Positions 28,666 through 43,831 of a stretch of 64,000 nt of DNA are shown here, in pieces. A program made the position numbers and the translations under genes. The first letter of the stretch is position 1. The number at the start of each line of letters is the position of its first letter. The stretch is taken from NCBI RefSeq assembly GCF_009914755.1, contig NC_060929.1, one strand, 5' to 3'. The notes below the pieces were generated by a model that saw only the letters and a list, made by a program, of their open reading frames with translations, had not been told where the DNA came from and made no database searches. Source of the stretch: the human T2T-CHM13v2.0 reference genome, Homo sapiens.

Positions 28666-29324
28666 TATGCAGGATGAGGAGAAAAGTGAAGGTCATCCTG
28701 AAAATTCTAAGGGTCCTTTTTGCCCTGATTTGTATTCTTCTCACTATAAATGCATATTAAAATAAATTATTTCATGTTCTTTTCATTTTCCTCCTCTTTC
28801 TTCTTCCTTTTCTATGTTAATGTTATTTTTACAATAATAACTCAAAATTTGATTTGCTCTTCCAAATTATACAAATGTGTTTAAATTGTCGCATTTTTAA
28901 AAATGGAAGTTTCTGCCAAAATTTACAATCTTTAACAAAAATATATATGATTATACGTTTATTAATAAAACATTATGGAAGGCCTAACATGAGATAGGAA
29001 TTATGAAGATCAGTTATCACCCAAATCTGGATCTGGGCATGGGCATTTTAGTGAGTGCCCAAAGCAGACAAGAGAGGAAAATTCAAAGTTATGAAAGTAT
29101 GAGGGATTGTAGTGTTAATCAGAGAAGACAATGACAACTTCTTTATTTTGTGGCATATATGTTTTTGCTTCTCTTTTTCAATCAAATAATGAAAACAGCT
29201 ATTCTATTTTTTAAAACCACCACAGCTCAGACACAATGCATCTCTAATTCACCATTGATTCCATATATTGAACTGAATTGATTGATTTCTTTATGTATTC
29301 ATTTATAAATTCAATTTATTTATG

Positions 29325-29420
29325 CATTACATCAATGTTCATTAATATTTATTAAGCACTTATTCCATGAAAGGCACTGTGTTAATATTGAAGATAACTG
29401 GGTGAAATAGGTGATTTTAT
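29325..29420 (-). mobile_element. L2 3' end fragment
   Basis: ttcattaatatttattaagcacttattccatgaaaggcactgtg. Confidence 0.55.
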
Positions 29421-29512
29421 TAATATCAGGGACAATTGGAGACTCTGCCCTCCATATTTAGACAGACCTATTGTAGTCTGATTTTTACTTAACTTGAATC
29501 TATGCTATGATG

Positions 29513-29953
29513 CAGTGGTTTTCAAACTTTTCTGTCTGAGGAAATAAAGTTATTTTTGTTTATATAGGTTATACAGATCAATATTTATTGGAAATTAAAA
29601 CTAAGAGTTTTTAAAAATAGATTGATTTATTTTAAACCAGCTATTAAAAAACAATTATACTATTATAAATAATATATTTTGTGAAAACATAACTATATTT
29701 TTCAAAATGGAAAATTATATGAAAGCTGTTATTGATTTATATATTTTTCATAGTCTTTTATAAAGTCTGTCTTACTAGAAGATAGTTGGATTCTCATATC
29801 TGCTTCTGCATCCAGTCTCTTGTGATATGATGCTTTGGTTTGAGTATATGAGGAAAATCTTGCCTCACACGGGTATGTAGTTTGAAAGGAGGACACTACA
29901 CACCCCTGAAAGGGACCCTGGAACTCCCAGGGATTACACATTCAAAACCACTG
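29513..29953. mobile_element. Charlie1b-like hAT non-autonomous element
   Basis: TIRs cagtggttttcaaa / ttcaaaaccactg; internal tggattctcatatctgcttctgcat. Confidence 0.8.
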
Positions 29954-30364
29954 TCATACTGGGAAAGTCATGGAGTCAGAAGTCAGACATACATATGAAA
30001 GTGGAAATTATAACTCTCACACTTAGTAGATTTTGTCATAAGGATAGTAGGATTCATTGATGATGGAAAAGTGCTGGTTTAAAAGTTTAAAATACAAAAA
30101 AATTGATAAAGAAGGTAATTTAGATACAGCAATTTGTCTATACAGCAGAGAATTAACCATTGAACCACATAGAAATGTATGCCTTTTTCATTGTGATCAG
30201 ATAAAAAGAAAAGGATAGGTATGGGTTTAGGTACTTCTATGGCATTTAATGCTGAATACTGAAGGAGAGCCTGTCTTGGCAAGATACTTGCACAGACATC
30301 AACCACACTTTTCTTTAAATGTCTACATAGTCAATAATTTAGTCTTTAAAAGTCACATATGATT

Positions 30365-30500
30365 TCTGTAACTTCTTCCCCTTCCTGGTCCTTCTTTTGT
30401 TCCTCTTTTGGTTCTTCTGGTTCTTGTTCTTTTTTGTTCTTGTTCTCATTTCTGTTTATCTCCTACTGCCCCTCCTCCTCATCCTCTTCCTTTTTTCAAC
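30365..30500. repeat. CT-rich low-complexity tract
   Basis: Degenerate ttcttg/tcc repeats. Confidence 0.7.
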
Positions 30501-30684
30501 CTTCTAAAAACTTAAAAAACACCCTCACTCAAATTATGTGCAAAAACAGGCCTGAGAATAAATTTAACCCATAGAATTTGGGTTGGTAATGCCTAGTCTA
30601 GAGAAACAAGCCCTTGTATGAACAAGAGTTATGAAAATTGACAATGACAGAGGAGTATAAGTTGAATAAAAGTATGTAAGTGCA

Positions 30685-30962
<278 letters not shown>

Positions 30963-32653
30963 AGTATGTAAGTGCATTTGTGTAATGCAAATTAAGAGTG
31001 ATGCTGCCCCATTTTCTCCATCATTAATGAAATTATAGATCCCAACATTAAAAAACAGTTTTATATTGTGCTTGAAAACTATATAAATAATCTTCTTTCT
31101 GTGACTTCATAATTCAGATATTTCCCCTGAAATAATGGCATAATTTTTAAATTAAAAAGATATGATATTTAGCAAAAATACATAAGTTAAAAATCTGATT
31201 TAAAATTATGGCCTTCTTAGACCATTGGGTTGTTGTTATTTCAAGAATGCAATCAAATACAAATACATATTTAGTCATAAATTTAAAAAAGAAAAGTACA
31301 AAACACAAAGGTCAAAGTCATTCTAAAAGAAATTAAACAAACACATAACAAAAAACGTCCATTAGTCGCAGTTTTTTTTAATCTAATTTAGAATTATAAA
31401 ATAAAAAGTGTATTCTCTTTTCACAGGTTTTTATTCAGCGTTAATGTTTGTATGGGATGGTTTTCGGATGAAACATTAAATTGAAGTTCCATCTGCCTAA
31501 ATTTAGAAGTTATTAATGATGTTAAAATTTCTTATTACTGTGGTTTACAAAAAGAGGTTGTATATATAATTGTGTCCAGGCTGACATTTTATTTTTCTGA
31601 AATGAAATTATGGCTGAATTGTCACTGATAGAAATGTTCACTGCAGAAAACAGAATGTTGCAGAGTTTACAAAGGAATTCACAACTGCCAATCAGAAACA
31701 TAAAATACCACTCTAGAAAATGCCATTTTAATGTAGCATAAAATAATGCAATTTAATCTCTAAGCAGGTGTGACACTGATTGGAAGCAAGCATAGTTACT
31801 CCTCTGTCTCATTCAGTAAACAATCTCTATAATATTCACTTTATTGTGAAATTGTTATTTCACAAACTGACTCATTTATCTATAAGCTTTGCATTTTCAT
31901 TTTCATATAAACTGTACAGCATGTTCTCAATTAAAGATAAAGGTGACTGATGAACAAGACTTTCCACACATTAAAATGTTAAAATGGCAAATAATAATAT
32001 CTTGTACCAGATGGTTAGTGATGGCCAAAAGAGCAGCTTTTGCTGAACTAGATTAGGGATACAATTCCTAAAAGCATTTTATACAGTTATCTAGCCCAAT
32101 AATACGTTTTAATACATACGGCTTCATGATCAATAAATTACTGATTTTAATATTGACCATATTTTATTTTTTGGTGCATAGGCTAAGATGCTAAAGTTCA
32201 CTTAAAATTAATATTTTGTCACATAGCTAATATAACAATTTGAGTTTAAAATTGTTATATATTCTCAACGTATTTTTTCATGTTCTGAAGAGGGATATGA
32301 GAAGTAGCTGATGGTGCTTATTGGTAAGCTTATCAGGAGAGATATCTCGGGGTATGAAGTGACCCTATAGCTGATGATACTTAAGTAGACCATTCTTCCT
32401 TGGGATCAACAGAATATTACAGTGAGCTCTCACAGTATACACAACACCACCAGTTGCTGAGAGGGTAGTTCAGTAGAAGTAATCACAGGACACCGATCAA
32501 AGTAAGAGAACTTGCCACACATTTTATCACGTGATGCCAGCAGGATGTCTCCCCATCAGGCAGCCAAAGAGCATTATCTCAGCAACCAGGAGAACCGGAG
32601 AAAAAGACAAGGACCTATGTGTGGGAAAATGGGAGCTTATCCACCTGACACTA

Positions 32654-34939
32654 TGTATTAATCTGTTCGCATGCAGCTATGAAGAAATACCTGAGACTGG
32701 GTAATTTATAAAGAAAAGAGGTTTAATTGACTCACAGTTCTGCATGGCTGGAGAGGCCTCAGGAAACTTACAATCATGGCAGAAAGGGAAGCAAGACATC
32801 TTTCTTCACATGGTGGTAGGAGAGAGAAGAATGAGAACCGAGTGAAGGGGGAAGCCCCTTATAAAACCATCAGATCTCATGAGAACTTACTCACTATCAC
32901 AAGAATAGCATGGGGGAAACCACTCCCATGATTCAGTTACCTCCTACTGGGTCCCTCCCATGACACATGTGAATTATGAGAACTAAAATTCAAGATAAGA
33001 TTTGGGTGGGGATACAGCCAAATTATATCATTCTGTCCCTGACCCCTCCCAAATCTTATGTCTTCACATTTCAAAACACAATCATGCTTTTCTACCAATC
33101 TCCCAAAGTCTCAACTCATTCCAGCATTAACCCCAAAAGTTCAAGACTAAGGTCTCATTTGAAATAAGGCAAGTCCCTTCCACCTACGAGCCTATAAAAT
33201 CAAAAGCAAGTTAGTTACTTCCTAGATACAATGAAGACACAGGCACTGGGCAAATATACCTGGTCCAAATAGGACAAATTGGCCAAAGCAAAGGGGCCAC
33301 AAGTCCCATGCAAGTCAAAAATCAACAGGGCAATCATTAAAACTTAAAGTTCCAAAATGATCTCCTTTGACTCCGTGTCTCCCATCTAGGTCATGCTGAT
33401 GCAAGAAGTGGTCTCCCATGGCATTGCACAGCTCCACCCCTGTGGCTATGCAGGGTACAGACCCCATCCCAGCTACTTTCATGGGCCAGCATTGAGTATC
33501 TGTGGCTTTTCCAGCCACACAGTGCAAAACTGTCAGTGGATCTACCATACTGGGGTCTGGAGAATGGTGGTCCTCTTCTCACAGCTCCACTAGGCACTGT
33601 TCCAGTGAGGACCCTGTGTGATAGCTCCAACCCCACATTTTCTTTCTGCAGTGCCCTAGCAGAGGTTCCCCATAAGGGCTTTGCTCCTGCAGCAGACTTC
33701 TGCCTGGACACCCAGATGTTTCTATGCATGCTCTGAAACTTAGGTAGAGGTTTTCAAAACTCAATTCTTGTCTTCTGCACACCCACAGGCCCAACACCAC
33801 ATGGAAGCTGCCAAGGTTTGGGGCTTGCACCCTCTAAAGCAATGACCTGAGCTGTACCTTGGACTCTTTTAGCCATGGCTGGAGGTGCTGGAACGCAGGG
33901 CAGCAATTCTCTAGGCTACACTCAGCAGGGCAACCCTGGACCTGGCCCACAAAACCATTTTTCCCTCCCAGGCCTTCTAGCCTGTGATGGATGCTGTCAT
34001 GAAGGTCTCTGATGTGCCCTGGAAGCTTTTTCCCCATTGTCTTGGTGATTCGCATTTGGCTCCTTGTTACTTATGTAAATTTCTGCAGCTAGCTTAAATT
34101 TCTCCTTAGAAAATGGATTTTTCTTTTTTATCACATCGTCAGGCCACAAATTTTCTAAACTTTTATGCTCTGTTTCCTCTTGAATGCTTTGCCACTTAGA
34201 AATTTCTTCTGCCAGATGCCGTAAATCATCTCTCTTAAGTTCTAAGTTCCACAGATCTCTAACACAGGAGCAAAATGCCACCAGTCTCTTCACATAGCAA
34301 GAGTGACCTTTCCTCCAGTTCCCAACAAGTTCCTCCTGTCTATCTGAGAACACCTCAGCCTGGACTTCATTGTCCATATCACTATCAGCATTTTGGTTAA
34401 AGCCATTCAACAGGTCTCTAGGAAGTTCCAAACTTTCCCACATCTTCCTGTCTTCTGAGCCCCCCAAACTCTTCCAACCTCTGCCTGTTACCCAGTTCCA
34501 AAGTCACTTCCACACTTTTGGGTATTTTTACAGCAGTGCCCCTGTACTACCAATACCAATTTACTGTGTTAGTCATTCTCATGCTGTTATAAAGAAATAC
34601 TCAAGACTGAGTAGTTTATTTAAAAAAAAAAAGTTTATTTGACTCACAGTTTAGCATGGTTGGGGAAGCCTCAGGAAACATATAATCACGGCAGAAGGGG
34701 AAGCAACATGTCCTTCTTCACATGGTGACAGGATAGAGAAAAATGAGAACTGAGTGAGGGAGAAAGTTTCTCATAAAACCATCAGATCTCCTGAGAACTT
34801 ACTCACTATCATGAGAATAGCATGGGGGAACTGCCCTCCTGATTCAATTACCTCTCACTGTGTCCCTCCCATGACATGGGAATTATGGGAACTACAATTC
34901 AAGATGAGATTTGGGTGGGGACACAGCCAAACCTTATCT
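32654..34939 (-). mobile_element. Full-length THE1 (THE1D-like) MaLR: LTR 34565-34939, internal 33031-34564, LTR 32654-33030
   Basis: Two homologous LTRs of about 375 bp; 5-bp TSD cacta at 32649-32653 and 34940-34944; THE1-int text between them. Confidence 0.96.
33997..34467 (-). pseudogene. Remnant of the THE1 internal ORF
   Basis: GSEDRKMWESLELPRDLLNGF.QNADSDMDNEVQAEV.SD..EELVGNW.KGHSCY is the MaLR internal ORF signature; downstream parts lie in other frames. Confidence 0.85.
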
Positions 34940-35629
34940 CACTAGGAGGCTACATGACTTCTTCTTTCCACCCCCTAAATTCTTCTGTCACCTGGGAGAG
35001 GAGAAAGCATAGGGAAAGAAGATCTCCAAGGACAGGAAAATTATCCTAACAAGAGTAAATCATGCAATGAGACTGGTTTATTTATTGAATTGGACTTAGT
35101 TTAATAGATTAAATTGATTTGAAGTTTTCCCTTTACTATCCTGAAAAGTGAGGGCTTTTACTCTGGGAAATAAACTCAATATCTTTAAACACACATGCAC
35201 ACATGCACACACACACACACACAGATTTGCATATGTCAATTTTATTAGAGAGAAAGCATACAGTCACATGTCATTTTTATCAATATCTATAGTGTTTAGA
35301 GTATGAATGAATTAGATATATAGTCACTAATGAATAAATGTCCTACATTTTATGAAATAAAAATTCAGTGAGAATCTACAAGACAATGAATACATAATTC
35401 AATGAATTACATATTTTAAAAATGTACTTATATTTTTGTCTATATGTATGTACTCACATTTTAAAATAGCAATACTTTACAACTCATATATGTGTATGTG
35501 TGTATATATATATGTATACACACACTCACACACACCCATATACATATGTAACTGCAACATAAAAAAAGAATATATGGACTTTTGAATATTTTACCTTCAT
35601 AAATATGGAGAAAATCCGCCACAGAATAG

Positions 35630-35905
<276 letters not shown>

Positions 35906-36316
35906 ATAACACTTTTTAATATCAAAGAAAAATATGTTGAATAAGACTATTATTTTCTAGTCTTCCAAATTATACAAATATGGTTAAAATCGGTGCATAA
36001 AGCCCTGTGTTTTATGCCAGCATTCATGAAACTGTGTCAGGCCAAAATGTTAGCTTAAAAATGGATAAACATTTTAGAACCTTCACAGGATTGACTTTGT
36101 CAATAAAGATGAAATGCTACCAGAGACATGACTTTTAGGAGGAGAAATCCAATGACCTTTAGGACTAGGTTCAAAGATATGAAAGAACTTTTAGAATCTG
36201 TTAGTGAATGTTCTCACCCAAGTGGAGGGTATGTGTAGGGGGCTAAGATCGTCCACTCCCATGGCTGTTAATTAATGAGTTATATTAATGTAGTTGGCTA
36301 AGCAATGAAGTTATCA

Positions 36317-36773
<457 letters not shown>

Positions 36774-36784
36774 TTGCAGTATAG

Positions 36785-37945
36785 AGCATTGGGGAAGAGA
36801 TGGCCTATTCAATAAATGCTGTCGGTCATTTGTATATCCAAATGAAAAGTAATGAAATTTACTCCATGTCACATCAGATACAAAATTGAATTCACTGTGT
36901 ACTATAGACCTAAACATGTAAGTAAAAGAATAAGGATGTTTATCATATAACATAGGATAATATGTTCGTAACCTTGGGAGAGGTAATAATTTTAGACAGG
37001 ATACAAAAAGCACTAACCATAAATAAAAACCGATTAAATAGGCTACAATTGATAACTTCTGTTGTCACAGAGAATGAGAATATACATTCAATACCCCAAA
37101 CAGACAAAGACTTCTTATCTAGATTACATAAAGATCTCCTGCGAATCATCAAGAAAAATTTGAAGAAATAATATAAGAAATTGAAAAAGATTTCAATGTG
37201 TCTCTCAAAAGATGTCCAAATGGCCCAAAAAATTATGAAAAGGTAGTTACTCATAAGAATAAAGGAAATGCAAATTAAATCTGAAATATCTATATATCAC
37301 TACAAACCTAATAGAATTAAAAAAGGAAAATGTAATGTCAGTTTAGCAAGCATGAACTACTGATGGAAGTGAAATATTTTTCTATTTTCTTTAGAAAAAT
37401 TTTTGAAATTGACTACTAATGATCCTAGCTGTAGTCCCAAAAGATATATGTATATATGTCACAAAAAAGATATGCTTATATGTATCTATAGCATAATTAT
37501 TCATAATTGTCTAATCTGGAGCAACAGTATTTCCATTAAACAAAGAAAGAATATGTTATATGCATAAAATAAAATTCTATTCAGCAATGAAAATGAACTC
37601 ATTGCTACTCACGATATGAATGACTTATATACATATAGTGAAGTGAAAGAAATTAGACACTAAGCAGTGCTTATTATGTGATTCACTTACACATGTTTCA
37701 ATGGGTGGAAGAAACTAATATAGGATATGATATTCAAAGGTCAGCACAGTGGTGACCTTTGGGATGGAGAGAGAAGTAGACACCTGGAAGAAAAATGAGG
37801 GTTGGCTTCTGAAATCTCAATAATTATCTAATTATTTTGTGGTGGTCATAGAGTATCTGATTATTGAGCCATTACTTATGATTTCTGCATTTACTCTTTG
37901 TAAGCTTTCAGAAATAAAATAATACAAATATTAAAAATAAAAACT
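36785..37945 (+). mobile_element. L1ME-like 3' portion
   Basis: ctattcaataaatgctg; aggatacaaaaagcactaaccataaa; gatgtccaaatggcc; attcagcaatgaaaatgaac. Confidence 0.75.
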
Positions 37946-38354
37946 GTCAAAAGTTTCAAAGAGTAGCTAAGGCATTGGATTTATTTGGGGCTCACAGTAG
38001 ATGTGTTATTTCATATTCCCAGATTTGAGATCTCATAGAAATCATATTTTTTTGGATTAATATGGGAGAGTTAAAAGAACTCTCTGAAGTTCTTTCATTC
38101 TTTCAGAGTTCTCTGAAGAACTACCCCATGTATGCATTTATATGGAATGAACTTGCTGTTATGGCACAGAAAAGTCTGTCTTTGACATGCCTATTGTCAC
38201 TAAAGAGGGTTTTAAAGTATATAAAATCCTGCATGGCCTATCAGAAATTGGGAATATTTCTTGGTCTCTAGAACTTCTTTGATGGCTAAGAAAAGTTAAA
38301 TAATACAAATGCTGAATAAGCAAACCAGGTTTATATTAATACTAAGACTAACGC

Positions 38355-38565
38355 TAACATTTATTGAATCTTTAAATATTTGAAAGATGCTTTTTAATGG
38401 AGAATAAGTTACAAATGTAATGTCCCAGGGAATCTTACAGAGCAATTGCTATTATCCCCTTTTTATAGATGAATAAATCGAGGCACAAAGGCAATAAAAA
38501 GCCACATTATTGGGTAATTATACTGCAAAAGAGAAACAGGCATTATAATTCCTGTGACCAGACTT
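38355..38565 (-). mobile_element. MIR remnant
   Basis: ctattatcccctttttatagatgaataaatcgaggcacaaagg is the reverse complement of the MIR core. Confidence 0.6.
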
Positions 38566-41409
38566 TTTAGTAAAACTCAAGTATTGAAAAATATGTTCCA
38601 TTATGACCAAAACAGTACAGCATATCAAATGACAGAAAATTATCTAATTTACTCAAGGAACAAGGCAACCTTTTGACTAACATTAATTTAGTTTGAAAGT
38701 TATGTGATTCAAGTTTAAAATAATATTTCTAATATTCTCAGTTTATTAATGCTAAAATATCAAAGAACGTATATAAAGAGCTTAATATTCACATAATGAA
38801 CTATAATAAAACTATTTAAAAATAAGCAAAGAAATAAAGTTACTATTGAAACATTCTTGAAGGCAAAAGCAAAGTCACAATTATAGTCAACAATTAATTT
38901 AGGGGGAAGAAACCTGATACTTTTTGCTCCTTTTAAAGTAGTTTGTGAAGCATTTTCAAATTGTGATAACTTCTTTTGCAGTGATGGGCTGCTTCATTCT
39001 TTCTTTTGTGTCCGTATTGTTACCTGTAATAAATTATGTTGAACAACCTTAATGATAATAAGGCATCTTCCTTTTGGGTTATGAGTTAACAAATAGTTTT
39101 TTTAAGAAGACAGGGTGGTATTGAACCCTGTTTTCATATATCATTCACAAGCTATATACATCATGAATATCACTAGATATGAAAAGAGTACATTTTCTCT
39201 GAGAAGAATTGCACACATGAACACGTGGAACAATTTTTAATTTTCTTAATAGCAGCATTTTCCCAAGGACAGCTTGCTTTTATTGAACAGATGCTGATTA
39301 CACACTTTGGATTTGTGTCTCTGTAGACTGTATGTGTTCGCTGGTACCTAGGATCAAGTATAGAATAACCTAAGAATTGAGAGAGAGGCTTTAATCTAGA
39401 GGGTTTCAATTCCAGTCTGTGAATTATTGTTTATAAAATTGTAGTCTAGTTACTTAAGTGTTACTATAAGCCCTGCACGTAACAGGCACTCACCTGTATC
39501 TCTTTTTCACTCTAATTAATTAATAATGTGGCTTCCTGTAAGAGTAATGAGATAAAGTGCACCACTTCCTATTAGAAGGTAGACAGCCTTTATTTCTATA
39601 TCAAAGTACATTTATGTCTTTTTATATTTTTCCATTATTCAGTACCCAACAGAAGTAAGAGAAAGGCCATTTTTGTTATTGCCCTGCTGTTTCTCCTGGG
39701 TAATTGGATTGTTTATTTTAGTATCATCCTTTCTTGCAGCTCGGTTATCATTTATCACACTTTGCCATTCAGTGGAGAATGACTCACTGAAGAGCTAAAA
39801 CTGAAACTGTTTTCAAACCATTTCATCTAAAGCCAAACATGATTGAATATAATTCATCTTTGAGTCCAGTAGAAGAGCTAAAAACTTGCATGTCTTCTGT
39901 GCCTTTGGAATAACTGCTTGAGTGTTTAGAGACCACCCACCTGGATGTGTAACTTGGAAGAGTGAGAAAAAGGTAATTAAGCTCTTAAACCACCATGTGG
40001 TGGCTAATATATTTCTTTAAGGGAGCATAGAAAGTTTCAATTGAAAATTCTTTCTGACTTACACGAATGAAAATTACTTGCCTAAGATTCAAACATAGTT
40101 TGCAGTAAAGATGGATTTGATAAAAATGTAGCTGGAGGAAGAAAACAACTCTCGGTTGTTTTGCCCCTCAAGCCAGAGAAAAATTGATTTTCTTTTATGC
40201 TAATTGAGGAGCGACATTAACAATCAAGTGGTGCTGTTTTCATTGTGTATTTTTAACTGCAATGAAAATAAACAAATAATACAGCTTCATTCTATATCAA
40301 TGTATTTTGCATCATGTTTACACAATGACTGATGAAACCAGATGTCACCGTGCCATAATATTCTCTAATTGTTCACTTTATATAAATATATGCTCACATA
40401 AATATGTGTGTAGCTTTTTTTAAGTACAATGAGTAATTCCACAACTATGAAAATAAAAATAAAATTTTAACATAGAAAAAAGCAGTATATCTACTTTACA
40501 TATAAATTTCCATGTTGTATTTGAAGTTACGGACGTGAGAAAACACACTGGTTCATTTTTTTTCTTTTATGTCTAAATCCCTATAACAGTTTATATATAT
40601 TTGTTTCAATATCTGAGGTGATTACATAGGTTCAAATTAATGATGATTTGCAATTTATGGTTTCAACGAAAAAAATTTAATTATCCTAGACAGTCTAATC
40701 AAACTTTAGATCTACCACTACATAAATAATTCACTCCTTTTATTAATTTTCTAATTATTAGTAGAAAAATAAAATGCTATAGGTAATAGTTGGCAGTTGC
40801 CATAAATTTCACATCTATATAAAAAGAAAGCCCCAAATGATTCCAAATGCCTATTATACCCTTAGTGTATACTGATTTGGTATTAAATTTGGTAAATGAT
40901 TTTCAAGGATTTTATTTCACTTTGCTTTTCTTACATACAGTAGCTTCGAGTGTATTTTTCTAAATTTATCTCAACCTGAGGTTTATTATTAGTTATATTA
41001 GGTCTTAATGAATCTCTTTGGGATCTGTTTTACACTTATTAAACACACACACACAAACAAGCACATAAAAACAAAGTTGGAAACGTTGACAAAAACTGTA
41101 ATGAACATCCCCTACTTTAACCTTGCTCCCTTCTCCATATTACTTCCAGTATGAATTTTTCTTAAATCATGGCAATTTAACCAGAATACACATGGGCAGT
41201 ATTCGACAAGGATACTATTCCAATTCACAGCTTTTTTTAGGTCCTTGATGACATGACATTCAGATTCACTCGTCCTTTGCTTTTCTCAGACATCTATGAC
41301 ACCTTCAAAAATGTTGATGAAGAACTGGAAGCATTCAATAAACAGTGCAGCAAAATACAGCTTTTGAAATGTGAGGTAGTAAAAGGTAGATTCTGATTAT
41401 TTTTCAAGG

Positions 41410-41800
41410 TTTTTGTTTTTTTTAATTTTAAGTTCTGGGGTACATGTGCAGGATGTGCAGGTGTTTTACATAGGTAAATATGTGCCATGGTGGTTTGCTG
41501 CACTTATTAACCTATTAACTAGGTATTAAGCCCAGCATGTATTAGCTATTTTTCCTAATGTTCTCCCTGCCTCACCCCACCCTCTGAAGGCCCCTAGTAT
41601 ATGATGTTCCCTTCCCTGTGTCCATGTGTTCTCATTGTTCAGCTCCCACTTGTAAGTGAGAACATGTGATGTTTGGTTTTCTGTTCCTGTGTTAGTTTGC
41701 TGAGAATAATAGCTTCCAGCGCCATCCATGTCCCTGCAAAGGACATGATCTCATTCCTTTTAAAGGCTGTATAGTATTCCATGGTGTATATGTACCATAT
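41410..41800 (-). mobile_element. L1PA8A/10-like 3' fragment
   Basis: ttttaagttctggggtacatgtgcagg...aggtattaagcccagcatg...cacttgtaagtgagaacatg. Confidence 0.92.
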
Positions 41801-41937
41801 AAACATAGTGTTCTTCTCTTGGATTAACTGGGGTGAGTACCAACATTTAAGGCCACAGTAAATATCTGAACACTGATTTGTTTTCAGATTCGCTCTTGGC
41901 CTTTATTCTAGTAAAGCTCTTCCTTAGTCCCTCATAG

Positions 41938-41938
<1 letters not shown>

Positions 41939-41976
<38 letters not shown>
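41939..41976. repeat. (TG)19 microsatellite
   Basis: Read directly from the sequence. Confidence 0.97.
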
Positions 41977-41979
<3 letters not shown>

Positions 41980-43578
41980 CTATTTTGTTCTAATTGCCTT
42001 TGTCTAGCATAGCATTTATAATATGATTTGGTGTTCAGTAAATGGTAATCATTCAATGTATCATTCTTTTGCTTAAAGGCAAAAACAGAAATTATGTTTT
42101 TCAAATTTTAGGCTTGTACTATAAGCAAATAGTTCTTTTAATCTGAAAATATAATAATCAATCATATGTAATAAACTAATCAGAGGAAAACCCGTAATTT
42201 TCAGAGAAAATTTGTTCCAAATTATCTATCCCTTTATCTAGTCTTACAAATATTCTAGTCTTCAAATATCATAAAGCAACATGATTTGCTCAGTGTATTT
42301 CACACTGTTGAGAGACACCTCGTGTTTTTTATTCTTTGTTTTTACATGGGAACTTACTAGATTCCAGCATCTTTATGAGTTTTAGTTCTTTCTGCATTAG
42401 AAAGAAGGAAACAAGCATCGCTGGCTCAGATTCTTGTGTTCCTTCTCTGGGATGTTCCTGTTCAGAGGGAGAGGGCTTCTGGTTTATTCACCAAACTCTA
42501 CTCGACTGAGGAGGTCTATAAGGAGAAGGTCTTGCTCTCTGTGACTGAGCGAGTAATTTTAATATTGCAGGGAGTATAAAGACCATGGTGGCTTCATATC
42601 TAGACCACTTCCTACAATCCAATTTTAGCATCATAAAACTAATATTTTCATGTGATTACTTTGTCCATTTCTCAGCTAGTTGTAACTACAGGAGATGAAT
42701 GAGTCACTATACATCTTGCATTCAAATTCTATTACATAAATTCTAAAGATGTACTTAATGATGTTGATGTAATATCACCATTTAGGTGTTCCTGTACAAC
42801 ACAGAGACAGACAAGCTGAGCCCAAGAACCTGACACATGAGTGGAAGAAGCCAAGATTGAAATGAAATTTCTAGCTCCAGCTCTTCCCGCTGTAGGTGTT
42901 TATATATTCACAGCTGATCTCCCAGACATCTGGGGACCCAGACAAGCCATCCTAACTGTGTTCTTTCTGAATTCCTTTCAAAATCTATGAACATGTTAAA
43001 ATTTCTCCTTTTGTATGCCATTAAGTTATAGGATAGTTTGCTATGAAGTAATATATAAATAAAACAGATGTATGTTTTAAGAAAAAATAAATTAAAAGCT
43101 CTTTGCAGAAGTAACACTTTAAGGGTTGCCACTTTAAATTTTGATATAAATTATTTTAATTTAAATGATTGAAAAAATATAATTGCGTAATTTATTTAAT
43201 TGTTCAGCACATCCATGTTTTCACTTTTGATGCCAGGGTACTTTAGATCTTTTAATAAAAAATAAAGCCTGGTGTGTATTCATCCTTGCATTTCCATTAT
43301 CTGTCATATTGATGTGCACAAAACAAATCCTAAAAAGTATTTCTTTGGTAAAGTCAACTAAATATATCTGCATGTAAAATATTAGAGATAGTTTACCAAA
43401 GGGGACTTATCCAATCAAGTAATGCATAAAGGTATTCTTATTGTTAATAAACACTAAAAAATGACATTGTAGCATAAGTAATCAAGAAAACAACAAACAT
43501 ACACAAAATTATTTCCCTTGATGAAATCCACGAATATATATGGAGCTTCACCAAAGCAGAATTTTGATGACTATACAT

Positions 43579-43602
43579 ACACACACACACACACACACAC
43601 AC
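43579..43602. repeat. (AC)12 microsatellite
   Basis: Read directly from the sequence. Confidence 0.95.
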
Positions 43603-43830
43603 GCTGTACTAAAATGGAGAAGTAACCTATCATAAGAGTGACCCTGTAATAAATTTGCTCTTAATTCACACTAATCCATACTATTTAAGAACAAAAGAAG
43701 CTGTTTGGACTAAATAATGAAAAGTCTGTGTCACTGGCCACAGTTCCAAATAAAAAACGGTGTGAGAGAATAAAGTGTATATGAAGTGAGAATAAGATAT
43801 ATATGGGGCTTCTCAAGAATTCTGATAGAG

Positions 43831-43831
<1 letters not shown>

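Noticed and set aside
32380-35170. Possible older LTR flanking the THE1 element
   Set aside because: The composition is suggestive, but I could not match it to a family.
38074-38121. Cluster of short hairpin-like repeats (aaagaac/gttcttt; ttcagag/ctctgaa)
   Set aside because: Stems of only about 7 bp are expected by chance.
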